A stretch of DNA of 64,000 nucleotides from Eledone cirrhosa (lineage: Eukaryota), in NCBI GenBank assembly GCA_964016885.1, contig OZ024743.1, positions 30,070,001 through 30,134,000 on the forward strand, in the 5' to 3' direction. This document shows positions 25,319 through 38,407 of this stretch, one piece after another (the stretch's first letter is position 1; each line of letters begins with the position of its first letter). The translations under genes and the position numbers were made by a program. The notes beneath the pieces are model-generated. The model was not told where the DNA came from and searched no databases. It saw only the letters and a program-made list of their open reading frames with translations.

Positions 25319-28300
25319 CTACTTCCACATTATAGAATTCCTACTACTAACAAAGAGGAAGGCATCAAAATATATATCAAAATATATAGACTCAAAAGAA
25401 AAAAGAAACACCACCCACCCCATCACCTGTGTACACTAAACACAACAGCCAGATAACGGCATTTTCACCACCACCGCTCACTACGGCCATCATTACCACC
25501 ATTATACCATCACCGCCGCCACCACCCCTTCACTCCTTCACTGCTACCACCGCTACAGCACCATCACTACAGTAATACGGTCACATCACCGCCACCACTG
25601 CCTCGGTATCGACATCACCACCACCACTGTCTCAGTATCGCTACCGCCGCCAGTCCCCCACTTCACTCAGCTGGCTGCTGCCACCACATTATAGAATCCC
25701 TACTGCTAAAAAAGAGGCAGGCATCAAAATATATAGATAGACTCAAAAGAAAAAAGAAAAAACAAACAACAAAACCAAAGCAGCACAGCAACAACAGCAA
25801 AAACGAGAAAAACAAACAGAGAAAAACAAAAACAAAAAAAGAAACCCCAAAAACGTAAAGAAAATAAGAATGAAGAGAGAAGCAGGCGGACGGACAGAGA
25901 AGAGGGGGGAAAAAGTAAAACTTAAAAAACAAAAACTAAGTCAGACATTCGAACACTACATTACAATGAAACTTATGCTTATTCATTTTTGGGGCCCTTT
26001 CTGCCTGTGTGTTTGTTTGTTTATGTGTGTTCGTATACAGCGTGGCGATAATGCCACACAAGGGCCAAGCGGGATGGCGGATCCACAGATGGCTATGTAA
26101 CTATACATTCGCCAATCCTCGATAAGAGTGTTTAAATATCGAACATAAACAGTTCGAATAACGGTGAAATGGAGACTAGAACGTCATGTGACAGTCTCTC
26201 ACCCAACTGGTGCCCCCTGGCTCAGCAGCAGGAACCTGACTGTCAACCAAATACTGCTGATGTTGGAGGAAGAAGAAGAAGGAAAGGGGCCAGAACCAAC
26301 TGGACGAAAGAATTGAATAGAACTGTTATGCAATGCTACCTGAAAAGTAACCCCAAGGAGAGGGGCTACAGGAGACGGATGCATAACATCTGGAACGAGA
26401 TTGGTCTATTTAAATTAGATGAACAAAAATTGGCCGGGCAGGCTCGGGTAATAAGAACTAATGGGTGGATAAGCGAGCTGGAACTGGAGGAACTGAGCAG
26501 AGAGAATGGCTTGGAGATGGCGGGTGTAGTATGCCAGACAAGCGAGCCGGTGGGAAATGAAGGTGAGGAGGTCCTGAGAACGGAGGAACCACCCGAAGCA
26601 GACAATGATCTGAATACTGAGATAAATAATACCTGGAACAGAGATACGGCCACCGAGGAGATGAATGCTGACGGGCTAGGACAAGATTCGGTTGACATCC
26701 TAAATTTAGTGGTAGATGAATTGAACAATGATAGTGGGAGACCTATGAACCTAAGATTTGTAGACAGGAACAAGTTAAAAGAAACAACAGCTAAGGTAAA
26801 CAAAGTCATCCCATACCTTGAGGCGAGGAGCCTTCACCAGTGCAACAATATCCTCAAAGCAACAGCAAATACGGTTAGGAAACTACTTGGTATAAAAGCG
26901 AGAGGAAACAACAGACAAGAAAGAGCAGAGCCGTGGTGGAAGAAGCGACTGAGTGGGCAAATCGGGCAAATGAGAAATGACATAGGAAAGCTTGAGTCAC
27001 TACTGAATGGGACACTAAAAAACATAGGCACTAAAAATAGACTGGAAATAAAATACAAAACTAGGAGTAAAAGCTAAATATTATCATAGAGGAATTGAAG
27101 CAACGCATTGTAGCAAAGAGTGCAAAAATCAGGCGATACGAGAACAGAATCAGTCAGTATAAACAGAACCGCATGTTCGACAACAACCAGAAGATGCTGT
27201 TTGGACAGCTTGAGGGGAAAGAAAGAGGCAACGACTTGATCCCTGGGGCGGAACAAACTAAAACATTCTGGAGAGGAATATGGGAGCAGGATGTTAGACA
27301 CAATGCCCAGGCAGAGTGGATTGAGACAGTACAGAGGGAGATCGGTGAGCAGGCACAGCAACAGACTGATTTGTGTATCACAGTTGAAACTCTTAAGGGG
27401 CAAGCCAAAAAACTAACCAACTGGAAATCACCAGGCCCAGATGGTGTGCAGGGGTATTGGATTAAACATTTAACATCCCTCCACCCGAAGCTGACGGCCA
27501 TGTTCAATGACTGCTTGGTGTCGGGTGAGGTGCCAGAGTGGTTGACAAAAGGTACCACAGTTCTGATAATGAAAGACCGAATCAAGGGTAATGATGTTAC
27601 CAACTATAGACCTATCACATGTCTGCCCGTAATGTGGAAACTGTTGACGAGCATTGTGTCTGAGGAAATCTACCATCACCTCCACACAAACAACTTGTTA
27701 CCGGACGAACAGAAAGGATGCCGAAAGAAGTCACGTGGTACAAAGGACCAGTTGCTTATTGATAAGATGGTAATGGGGAATTGCAGGAGGAGACACACTG
27801 ATCTTGCCATGGGATGGATAGACTACAGAAAGGCATTTGACATGGTGCCTCATTCCTGGATCACCAAAAGCCTGGAGATCTTCAGGGTGGCAGATAACAT
27901 CAGACAGTTGCTAGGCAGGAGTATGGGGTCCTGGGAGACAGAGCTGACATCAACTGGAGTATCCTTGGGAAGCGTGAAGATCAAGAGAGGTATCTTCCAG
28001 GGAGATAGCCTGTCCCCTCTGTTGTTTGTCCTTGCCCTGATGCCCTTGACCATTATGCTGCGAAAAGTGAGAGCAGGATACAAGTTGGGAAGGGGAGAGC
28101 TTACCATCAATTACCTCCTCTTCATGGACGATCTTAAGCTCTTCGGGAAAAGTGAGAAGGAGTTGGATGTGCTTGTTGACACTGTCCGTATTTTCAGCAG
28201 TGATATATGTATGCAGTTTGGTATTGGTAAATGTGGAGTCATTGTGATGAAGAGGGGTAGGTTGAGCAGAAGTAACGGGATCCAGATACCAACAGGTGAG

Positions 28301-29646
28301 ATGATAAAGGAAATTGACTCTGAGGAAGGATACAAGTATTTGGGCGTTCTGGAGGCTGATGGCATAAAGAACAAAAAAATGAAGGAATTGTTAAGAACTG
28401 AATACATTCGGAGAGTAAGGAGCGTATTGAAGTCACATCTGAACAGCAGAAATGCCATAAGCGCAGTAAATTCCAGAGCTGTGTCTATTATTAGGTACAG
28501 TGCGGGAATTCTGAGATGGAATGTTGCTGAACAAAAAGAAATGGATAGGAAGACTAGGAAGCTATTGACTATCTACAACATGTTCCACAAGAGGAGTGAT
28601 GTCGATAGACTCTACCTAAGGAGATCTGAGGGTGGAAGAGGTCTTATCAGCATAGAGGACTGTGTTCAGATGGAGAAAAACAACCTATACAAATACGTGA
28701 CCTATAGTAAGGAGCCAATGCTCAGAGCTGTACTGAAGGAGGGGACAGTAGGCCAGGGGATACCCAAGGAGGAAATAACATCAAGGAGGAAGAGCAGCCT
28801 TAAGGGAAAATCCCTTCATAGTACCTTCTTTGAGAAAACTGAATTTAGAGATCCACAGACATGGAACTGGTTGAGAAGAGGAGACCTCAAGAAGGCTACA
28901 GAAGGAATGCTAATGGCTGCGCAGGAGCAGGCCCTCAAAACGAAGTGGTTGACGCACCATATCTACAAGGAGGAGGCTAGCCCACTGTGCAGGATCTGTG
29001 GAGAGAGAGTGGAGACTGTGGCTCACATTGTGTCCGAGTGTAAACACCTAGCCCAGACCCACTATAAGAGCTGGAGACACGATGTGATGGGCAGGGTGAT
29101 CCACTGGCACCTGTGCAAAGTAAACAATTTACCACATTCTGAGAAATGGTATGAGCATAGGCCAGAGGCGGTGATGGAGAACAATCAGGTGAAGGTGCTG
29201 TGTGATTTTAGGATACAGACGGACAAAAAACTGGAACACAATAGACCTGACCTGGTGGTTGTGGACAAAGAAAAAAGATCGTGTCTGATTGTGGATGTGG
29301 CCTGCCCTTTCGATACGAGAGTGCAAGAGAAGGAGAGGGAGAAAATTAACCGATACCAGGACCTAAAGTGGGAGGTGAAAAGGATTTGGAACTGCCATGA
29401 AGTCAAAGTGATCCCGTTTGTCATAGGCGCACTGGGGACTATCTCCAAAAGTTTCCAGGGATGGTTAAAGAAAATCGGCCCCTTCACGCTTTTTGGAACG
29501 CTTCAAAAGGCATGCTTGCTGGGAACAGCAAGAACCCTCCGATACGTCCTGAATATCTGAGGCTGCAGGTAGTGGCTTGATATTCAATCCAACGGACTTT
29601 CCAGTTAACCAACATCAATGACTGAGATTCAATGAATAACAACAAC

Positions 29647-29704
<58 letters not shown>
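25318..29704 (+). mobile_element. R4/Dong-type RLE non-LTR retrotransposon, probably full length (5' boundary uncertain)
   Basis: Single long ORF, ~75-bp 3' UTR and (AAC/AAT)n tail at 29635-29704. Confidence 0.85.
26169..29560 (+). pseudogene. RT-RLE polyprotein with one frameshift near 27075
   Basis: N-terminal WTKELNRTVMQCY...GYRRRMHNIW; YRPITCL, IDYRKAFD, GIFQGDSLSP, FMDDLKL; CRICG..ETVAHIVSEC zinc knuckle; RHD; RPDLVV..IVDVACP..K (PD-D/ExK). Confidence 0.92.
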
Positions 29705-29705
<1 letters not shown>

Positions 29706-31086
29706 GCAGAAGTAACGAGATCCAGATACCAACAGGTGAGATGATAAAGGAAATTGACTCTGAGGAAGGATACAAGTATTTGGGCGTTCTGGAGGCTGAT
29801 GGCATAAAGAACAAAAAAATGAAGGAATTGTTAAGAACTGAATACATTCGGAGAGTAAGGAGCGTATTGAAGTCACATCTGAACAGCAGAAATGCCATAA
29901 GCGCAGTAAATTCCAGAGCTGTGTCTATTATTAGGTACAGTGCGGGAATTCTGAGATGGAATGTTGCTGAACAAAAAGAAATGGATAGGAAGACTAGGAA
30001 GCTATTGACTATCTACAACATGTTCCACAAGAGGAGTGATGTCGATAGACTCTACCTAAGGAGATCTGAGGGTGGAAGAGGTCTTATCAGCATAGAGGAC
30101 TGTGTTCAGATGGAGAAAAACAACCTATACAAATACGTGACCTATAGTAAGGAGCCAATGCTCAGAGCTGTACTGAAGGATGGGACAGTAGGCCAGGGGA
30201 TACCCAAGGAGGAAATAACATCAAGGAGGAAGAGCAGCCTTAAGGGAAAATCCCTTCATAGTACCTTCTTTGAGAAAACTGAATTTAGAGATCCACAGAC
30301 ATGGAACTGGTTGAGAAGAGGAGACCTCAAGAAGGCTACAGAAGGAATGCTAATGGCTGCGCAGGAGCAGGCCCTCAAAACGAAGTGGTTGAAGCACCAT
30401 ATCTACAAGGAGGAGGCTAGCCCACTGTGCAGGATCTGTGGAGAGAGAGAGGAGACTGTGGCTCACATTGTGTCCGAGTGTAAACACCTAGCCCAGACCC
30501 ACTATAAGAGCTGGAGACACGATGTGATGGGCAGGGTGATCCACTGGCACCTGTGCAAAGTAAACAATCTACCACATTCTGAGAAATGGTATGAGCATAG
30601 GCCAGAGGCGGTGATGGAGAACAGTCAGGTGAAGGTGCTGTATGATTTTAGGATACAGACGGACAAAAAACTGGAACACAATAGACCTGACCTGGTGGTT
30701 GTGGACAAAGAAAAAAGATCGTGCCTGATTGTGGATGTGGCCTGCCCGTTCGACACGAGAGTGCAAGAGAAAGAGAGGGAGAAAATTAACCGATACCAGG
30801 ACCTAAAGTGGGAGGTGAAAAGGATTTGGAACTGCCATGAAGTCAAAGTGATCCCGATTGTCATAGGCGCACTGGGGACTATCTCCAAAGGTTTCCAGGG
30901 ATGGTTAAAGAAAATCGGCCCCTTCACGCTTTTTGGAACGCTTCAAAAGGCATGCTTGCTTGGAACGGCAAGAACCCTCCGATACGTCCTGAATATCTGA
31001 GGCTGCAGGTAGTGGCTTGATATTCAATCCAACGGACTTTCCAGTTAACCAACATCAATGACTGAGATTCAAGGAATAACAATAAC

Positions 31087-31153
<67 letters not shown>
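29705..31153 (+). mobile_element. 5'-truncated second copy of the same R4/Dong family
   Basis: Near-identical to 28265-29635 with several substitutions; ORF 29741-31000; own (AAT)n tail. Confidence 0.92.
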
Positions 31154-31156
<3 letters not shown>

Positions 31157-33333
31157 TGTTAACATCAGTCCTAACTGAATACACATATGACCACCTGATA
31201 ACAAATGGCCTATTTCCCATTGAGCAGAAAGGGTGTAAACGAGGCTCATATGGCTGTAAGGATCAGCTTCTGGATAACAAAATGATACTGGAAGATTGAC
31301 ATAATAGACACAAAAATCTATCGATTGCTTGGATAGATTATAAAAAAGCATTCGATAGTTTGCCACACAGTAGGATTGACAAATGTTTAGAGATTTTCAA
31401 AATATCTCCCGTTGTCAGGAGGTTTTTGTCATTCAGTATGAAGACATGGAAAACGACACTCCTTTTGAATAGTGAAACAAAATCACTGGAAGCTGGAGAA
31501 GTTAATATTAATTGTGGAATTGTTCAGGGTGATTCTTTATCACCGCTTTTATTCTGCATCGCACTTATACCATTAAGTAAAATGCTCAATGAAACAAAAC
31601 ATGGATATAAAGTCTATGACAAAACCATTAATCACTTGTTCTACATGGATGACCTGAAACTATTTGCAAAAAATGATGAACAATTGTAAGGGCTATTATC
31701 CACTGTGGAGTAGTTCAGTGATGACATTAAAATGGAGTTTGGACTAGATAAATGCGCCAAAGCAACATTCACCAGAGGAAAGCTGCTGAAGAGTTCAGAC
31801 ATTAATCTTGATCGGGGGAACGTGATAAGAGAACTTGATCAAGAAAAAACTTACAAATATCTAGGTGTTTGTGAAGGAGACGGAATCAAGCACTCGACAA
31901 TGAGGGAAAGGATAAGGAAGAAATGTTACCGCAGAGTAAGAGCAATCTTAAGAACGGAATTGAATGCAAGGAATAGGATAGATGCCATAAACACGCTTGC
32001 AATACCAGTAGTAACCTACAGTTACAATGTCATCAACTGGTCAAGCACAGAGATCCGTAGGCTCGATACAAAAATTCGAAAACTCTTAACCATGCACAGA
32101 ATGCATCACCCTAAGGCAGATATAGATAGAATATATCTCCCTAAGAAAGAAGGAGGACGTGGGTTAATCCAGTTAGACATTGCGTTGAAAACTGCAACAA
32201 TTGGATTATCTACATATCTAAGGGAATCACATGATTGGATGATCAAACTCGTTTTGAAACACGAAAGCATCAAAAGATGCACGAAGATACAGTAATGGAC
32301 TACAAATTTCAGAAGTCCCATTTACTGCTGAAATGGAAAACACAGAAAAAGCAAAGCAGGTAAAAGTAACTGCAAATAAAGAACTGCTACAGAAACTGGC
32401 TAAGAAATGGCAAGAAAAGCCTCTGTATGGAAAATACCCAGAACGAGCTAACAATCCTGATGTTGACAAAACTTTAACCCATCAGTGGTTGGCATCCTCT
32501 GGCCTGAAATCGGAGACTGAAGGACTGATTATATCAGCACAAGATCAGTGTCTGCCAACAGAAAATTACCAAGCCAACATAATAAAAAAATGGATGCAGC
32601 CCATTATGCCGTGTATGCAAAAAACAACCAGAGACCATTGACCATATAATTTCAATGTGCAGTCCTATAGCTCCAACCGAATACCTAAACAGGCATGACA
32701 GAGCTGCATAATACATACATTGGATAATGTGTAAGCATTTTGACCTGCCTTATCAAAAGTATTGTTGGGAGCATCAACCACCTCCCATACTTGAAAAAGA
32801 TCACATCTCAATCTTGTGGAACTTTAGCATCCAAACAGACCGAAAAATAGATGCAAATAGACCTGATATAATATTGAAGGACTTTAAAAAGAGGGTATGC
32901 CTGCTAATTGATATGTCTGTTCCAATTGACAAGAATGTATCTATAAAAACATTTGAAAAATTGAGCAAGTATAAGGACCTGGAGATAGAAATTTGAAAAA
33001 TGTGGAAATTGAGAACTAAAACAATACCAGTGGTTGTAGGCGCTCTGGGATTGATACCTAAGGGGTCTAATGATTACTCATCGCAAATCCCAGGAAACCC
33101 GCGTATAGGAGAAATACAAAATATAGTACTAATGGGAACTGCCCATATACTAAGGAAGATTCTGTCAATATAAGTACATCACAAGTCTAAACACTAAAGA
33201 TGCATGTGTGAGTATGTATGTTCTTTCTTTAACATTGCGGACCTTGTTGTCTCTTGAGGTCACTGGTTGTGACTTGGTGATAACTCGTATGAACATAAAG
33301 CAAGATAAATGCAACTGTAATAATAATAATAAT
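31154..33333 (+). mobile_element. 5'-truncated, decayed R4/Dong-type element of a different family
   Basis: EQKGCKRGSYGCKDQL, GIVQGDSLSPLLF, FYMDDLKL, NRPDIIL..LIDMSVP; multiple stops; ORF ends at 33173; (AAT)n tail. Confidence 0.9.
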
Positions 33334-33334
33334 A

Positions 33335-33523
33335 CTAAAATTGGCCCCGCCCCGCTTTTTGGAACACTTCAAAAGGCATGCTTGCTGGGAACAGCAAGAA
33401 CGCTCCGATACGTCCTGAATATCTGAGGCTGCAGGTAGTGGCTTGATATTCATTTCAACAAACTTTCCAGTTAACTAACATCAATGACTGAGACTCAAAG
33501 AATAATGATAATAATAACAATAA
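33335..33523 (+). mobile_element. Extreme 3' fragment of the first R4/Dong family
   Basis: LFGTLQKACLLGTARTLRYVLNI plus the same 3' UTR and an AAT tail. Confidence 0.9.
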
Positions 33524-33815
33524 TGTTTTTTTATTAGCCACACAGAGAGCTCACATTAATGAAATATTAAAGACGGTACAAAACGATACAGTGTGGTTTT
33601 TTTGTGTAAAATAAAGTTTATAAGGGAGACTAAGAAAATGAATATTTAAAAAACAAATATAAAGATTTCCTCAAAGTTGAGGATACTCCAGATTTCACTC
33701 GTGAAGAAATCCCCAATCTACAGGCGTATGCTCAAAGCAGACCCATTCACGAAGGCTATGCTCACCACTCTCACTCACCTTTCAACAAACTGGCTGGAAG
33801 GCAGCACTTCCACGA
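33524..33815 (-). mobile_element. 3' fragment of a related Tx1-like element
   Basis: Similar to 19481-19815; the minus strand encodes EVLPSSQFVER...VNGSALSIRL versus EVLSSQHFVERW...VNGPTLSMCL. Confidence 0.7.
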
Positions 33816-33992
33816 CCTGGTCCACAAATGGATGGAACGATTCTGCAAAGGATTATATGGATGTAAAGAGTAAATATTAATCACCAAAATCATAAAAGAA
33901 AGAAAATAAATGCTGAAAAAGATATTAAAACTCAGCATGGATTAATTGCCAGAAAGTTTGAGACTTTGTCCCCCATAGGTAGTTGAATGTTA

Positions 33993-35208
33993 TCTCTATA
34001 TATATAAAACTGAGGCTGTCTGTCTGCCTCTGTATGTGTGTGTGTTTGAGTGTGTGTGTGAGTGTGTGTGTGTGTGCGTGTGGGTGGGTGTGTATGTCTG
34101 TCTGTCTGTGTAAATCCCTATAAGTCGAGAAGTACCCGACCGATTATTTTCAAACTTTACACATGCGTTACTTATATTACTTGAAGTGCAATGGACTAAG
34201 AAATGTTAACGTTTTCTGCCCTAGGGCCCATATTTAGGCGTAGCTTAAAGATAATCCAGTCGATTTCCTAGAAATTTGCAGCACGCATTAGTTAGTGCCC
34301 TCGCATTGCTGTGGACAAAAGGAAAATTTCCGATTCCATTAATGGTTTCTAGGAAATTTACCAATTAAAATTTGGCATTACATGCCATTTTCATTTTAAA
34401 TATAAACGCTACTTAAGTTTCGTAAGTAGCGTATAATATTTCGTTAAAAATTTGGTTTATTTAACAGAGGACACAACACTTACTTACTTTTAAGCCGTAC
34501 CATTTTGGGAGGATTGAGGAAATGAGGAGGACCTAAAACATTTTGTCGGTACCCTGTTGATCCTTCGTGCTTTCATCACGCGCGAATCCGGGGCCTGTGT
34601 ACGTTGTCGTCTTATTGACAAGATAAAACTCACGTCTGTGATACTTCTACTAAGACCCGTTTTGATGCACCTACCCCGCATTATGAACGCCCTGAGCAAG
34701 TACGCCGAACAGCGGTTGTGCTAATTCCGCGGTGACTCCTTTTGTCGCACCCTTGTTGCTGTGTAAAGGCAGTGCAACTAGTCCCGCCGAGCATTTGTGC
34801 TAACTGCACTATAACCCCCTTCTGCTGCAGCTGAGTTGTCACGCTGATTTCGTCATCTCAATATCCCTACTTAAACGTAGACCCCTACTTGGTTTTCACA
34901 CAATTTACTACGTCACTCCTTCAGACTGACGTGTGTTCCCCATCCGTGATGTAATTCGTGAACAGACTTACGGCATAAATTGCCCCACAACACTTACTTA
35001 CTCCTTTCGCATACAGGATTTCCGCAATCAGCCCATTGACAAAACTACTACTGGATTCTGCCAGCTGGTGTTCTACGTTTCCAGTAGATGAAAATTAATT
35101 CCCTGAGAATAAGGGAATTCTAAAAGTACACAGCTACATTCCTCAATCTTTGCATATGCGTGTTATTATTTCATGTTTCTACCGCGCGACGCCGGGTCCT
35201 GCTGCTAG
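33993..35208 (+). mobile_element. Non-autonomous Helitron
   Basis: A|TCTCTATATATATAAAA start, internal (GT/GTCT)n, GC-rich subterminal ccgcgcgacgccggg, CTAG|T end; no TSD. Confidence 0.75.
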
Positions 35209-36330
35209 TCAATTATATTTTGTCTTCATTTCTGTCTGGGAGCGAATAATCTGTAAACTCTTTGAGTAAATATTGCATATAAACATTTTGAATCTATGAA
35301 TATTTTCTGTGTGTGGTTGTGTCTGTGCATGCATAACTGTTACTTGCTTTCTCAAACCTTCAACAAAATATCTGCATTTATATATGGATCTCAGAAAAAG
35401 GCATCATCTACTACAGGGCCCTAGTTGAGACGTGTGATGCACGCGAATGTATTGATGTCCTAGGAATATAATAGCAGTACATATGGTTACATTTAAGTAA
35501 GGATCTTGATTACAAGGTAGCAGGTACAAAAGGAAAAAGTCTACATTATAAATAGCAACTCTGGAGAGAAGTGAAAAATTAAAATGACCTTCTCGACTCC
35601 TATACAATCATGAAACTGGAGAAATGATAAAAAAATCCCATTGTCGTATCTACTGTGATCAATTTAGAAGCTCATAATGACAGCCCCAGAAAACAACAAC
35701 AAAACAAACCATTTTCATGTCTTTATGTTTTCGGATTGCAGTTAAATAAGAGGATAGTTGTGAATGTGAATGGAAAACTCACGTTTTTTATCTGGTTTCT
35801 AAGAGGAAACAAAATTATTTCACAATTGCTTTGCTACCAGGAATTGGAATTATTTTTCAGATTTGGGGATAGCTTTAACCCTATTAATGGCTTGTTTGAA
35901 AAAATGGGTGGTGAGTGGAAGATTAGAGTTGAAATATTGCATTGACGGTGCAAATGCAATATCGGACTATGATAATGGTTTCGTTGGGAGTGTCAATCAG
36001 TTGACTCATGCCATGATGCTGTAATGCCAAGGGCCGATGTAGACTATCTGGCACGCTACGCAAGGTTAGATTCTGGCGCACACGACCCAGAAAATATCGA
36101 TATCAAAAGTTATAAACAATAAACTTTGAATAATGTTGTTGCAGCATTTGAGCACTGACCAAGGTTAATTAAAAAAAAAGCAATTACCCGTCTGTGCTCA
36201 AATGTCCGGACATCCCCCTTAAAAAAGCACTACTTATACTATTGTATTAGCAAAATTAAGACAATAATAAACAAACATAAAGATACAACTAAGAGCATAA
36301 TGGACAGTTGAACAGACACTCGGTATTAAT

Positions 36331-36573
36331 CAGGGTCGGTGGAACTGGCGTAGGGGTACGTAACCCCCAACCCCCAATAATTATATATTTTCTCCCCAAA
36401 CTACAAAAACGCACATCTATTTGGATATGAGCTCTAATTTATGTACATGTTATGTTTATCGCATATCGAAGTTTTCTGACTATTTCAGAGTGTAAGGAGC
36501 TAAACTAATCACTACAACTAAATTGTCCAAATATTCTCCAGCCACCAATTCATAAATGCCTCAACCGCCCCTG
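36331..36573. mobile_element. Possible hAT-like MITE
   Basis: Imperfect TIRs cagggtcggtgga / tcaaccgcccctg; no clear 8-bp TSD. Confidence 0.35.
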
Positions 36574-38327
36574 CTAATACACCAGAAACCAAATTTGGCT
36601 GAGGAATGAATGCAAACAGAAAGACATTTCAAATTCTCATTTCGCATGTTCTATTGACATAGATGTCCAGCTAACTAGTCTCTCTTGCAATATTGTAGAA
36701 TAAATGTGAGATCTTATAAGCTTGAGCTTTGAGAAACTACTCTCACCACTTGACACATATATGGAAGTATGAGGAGGTTAATCATTGCAATAGCAACATT
36801 AGGGAAAATTATTCAAAAGTTTTTGTTGGAAAAACTCTTAGCCAATAAAAACACACGAGTGTAATTGTGCGATTTTCACTCAGTTATTTTGTTTGTTCTG
36901 GTCAGACTGAATCTACCCGATTATTTGTCCCTATATGAAATAAAGCAGGATAAAATGGTATTGCCATGGTACTTCAATGAGGATTTACGGACTGATCTGT
37001 GTTCTCTTGTTTTGTACAAAATTGTGCTGCTTATTTCTGTGCAAAGTACTTTAATAAAGATATGAACTGGGAAATAATATTGCCTCAACATTTAACAGAA
37101 ATTAATTGGTATATTCAATTATTATAACCTGCTGATGTATTTGGTTATGCAAATGCCTTTGCGTAATCACTGCAGTGAAAAAAAAGAAAATTCAATTTCT
37201 TTCACGAAAGAAATAGATGTCTTCTGCAAATATCCCGTATATTAGGATCAGAGATCTTCAGAAAGGAGACCTCGGCAAAATAAATAGACGTTTCCCATAA
37301 AACCTATGTTTATTTTAAAATCGATTTGTTCCTATTTTCATAAATGCTAAATACATTTATTTCCCAATAATCAACTATATTTTCGATTTTGTAACATATG
37401 TAAAGTATTTGAAAAACAATACTTTTTCAGTTCCATTTTATTTCTGAATTTCACAAAGATATAGATCTTTACTTCTTGTTTCTCTCAAATAAAAAAAGTT
37501 AAAGACAAACAAAACGTTTCACAAGCCATTCAGATTTTCGCAGAAACTACAATCATAAAGTTTATAGAAAGGATTTTATAGACACAATTAAGAATCAAAC
37601 CACTGTTGGAACATCGGTGGATTTCTCATTAGATTGAAACAACTGTATCATATCTGTCATTTCAATTACATCGTTATATAGTTAGGAATGGGCAAAGTTA
37701 CACATCTTATTAATCAAATTAAAGTTTATTGGTATCATGATAAAATGTCTGCCTTTATCCACAGGTATTCCTCAATGAACATTTGTCCGAATTCTTCCAT
37801 CTGTCAGCTTTATGAACAACATATTGACGACCAGATGCTGCTAATTATATTATATTTTCTATGTAGAAGAAACATCATTGTATATGCCATCCGTATTTTT
37901 GACCTGAAAAAAAGCAAATACTAATAGCATAAAAACTAGACACTTAAACGGGATTAACGGAACGTAGATTGTTCATCATTAAACACTAAATACTATATGA
38001 ATGAATCATCGGCGATAAGAATTATGTATTCAACGTGTTGAAATAATGTGCAGTACGCTACGTAATTTAAGCAGCTAAAAATATTCGTATATAAGGCACT
38101 TGTAGTTGGCATCTAAATCTTAGTATTTATTTATGGGCGAGAACCTATTGGCATCATTCAGATAATCACTCATAACGGAGAGCTGTGGTACTGGTTTTCG
38201 GTAAGAAAGACAACCCAACACTGGGAATAGTGCGTTTTTCTTATAGAAGACCTTAAGTTTCAAATATTTTATGGGTGTATACACTTGCACAAATTACGTT
38301 CTATGATTATTATTATTTTTACATTCT

Positions 38328-38407
38328 TACGGGTTCGATAAAATAAAGTACCAGTAATGCACTGGGTAATTGCTGGCCTTGTGCCAAAAGTAGAAACAGT
38401 TATTATT
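38328..38407 (+). mobile_element. 5'-truncated SINE
   Basis: Matches the 3' half of 41661-41842; flanked by direct repeat tattatttttacattct. Confidence 0.75.

Noticed and set aside
26040-26171. Possible HDV-like ribozyme in the R4/Dong 5' UTR (tcctcg motif)
   Set aside because: Only a simple hairpin (cattcgcc/ggtgaaatg) is evident; I could not build the nested double pseudoknot by eye.
29705-31075. Assembly duplication as the explanation for the second R4 copy
   Set aside because: The copies differ at several positions, including amino-acid changes, and each has its own tail, so separate insertions are more likely.
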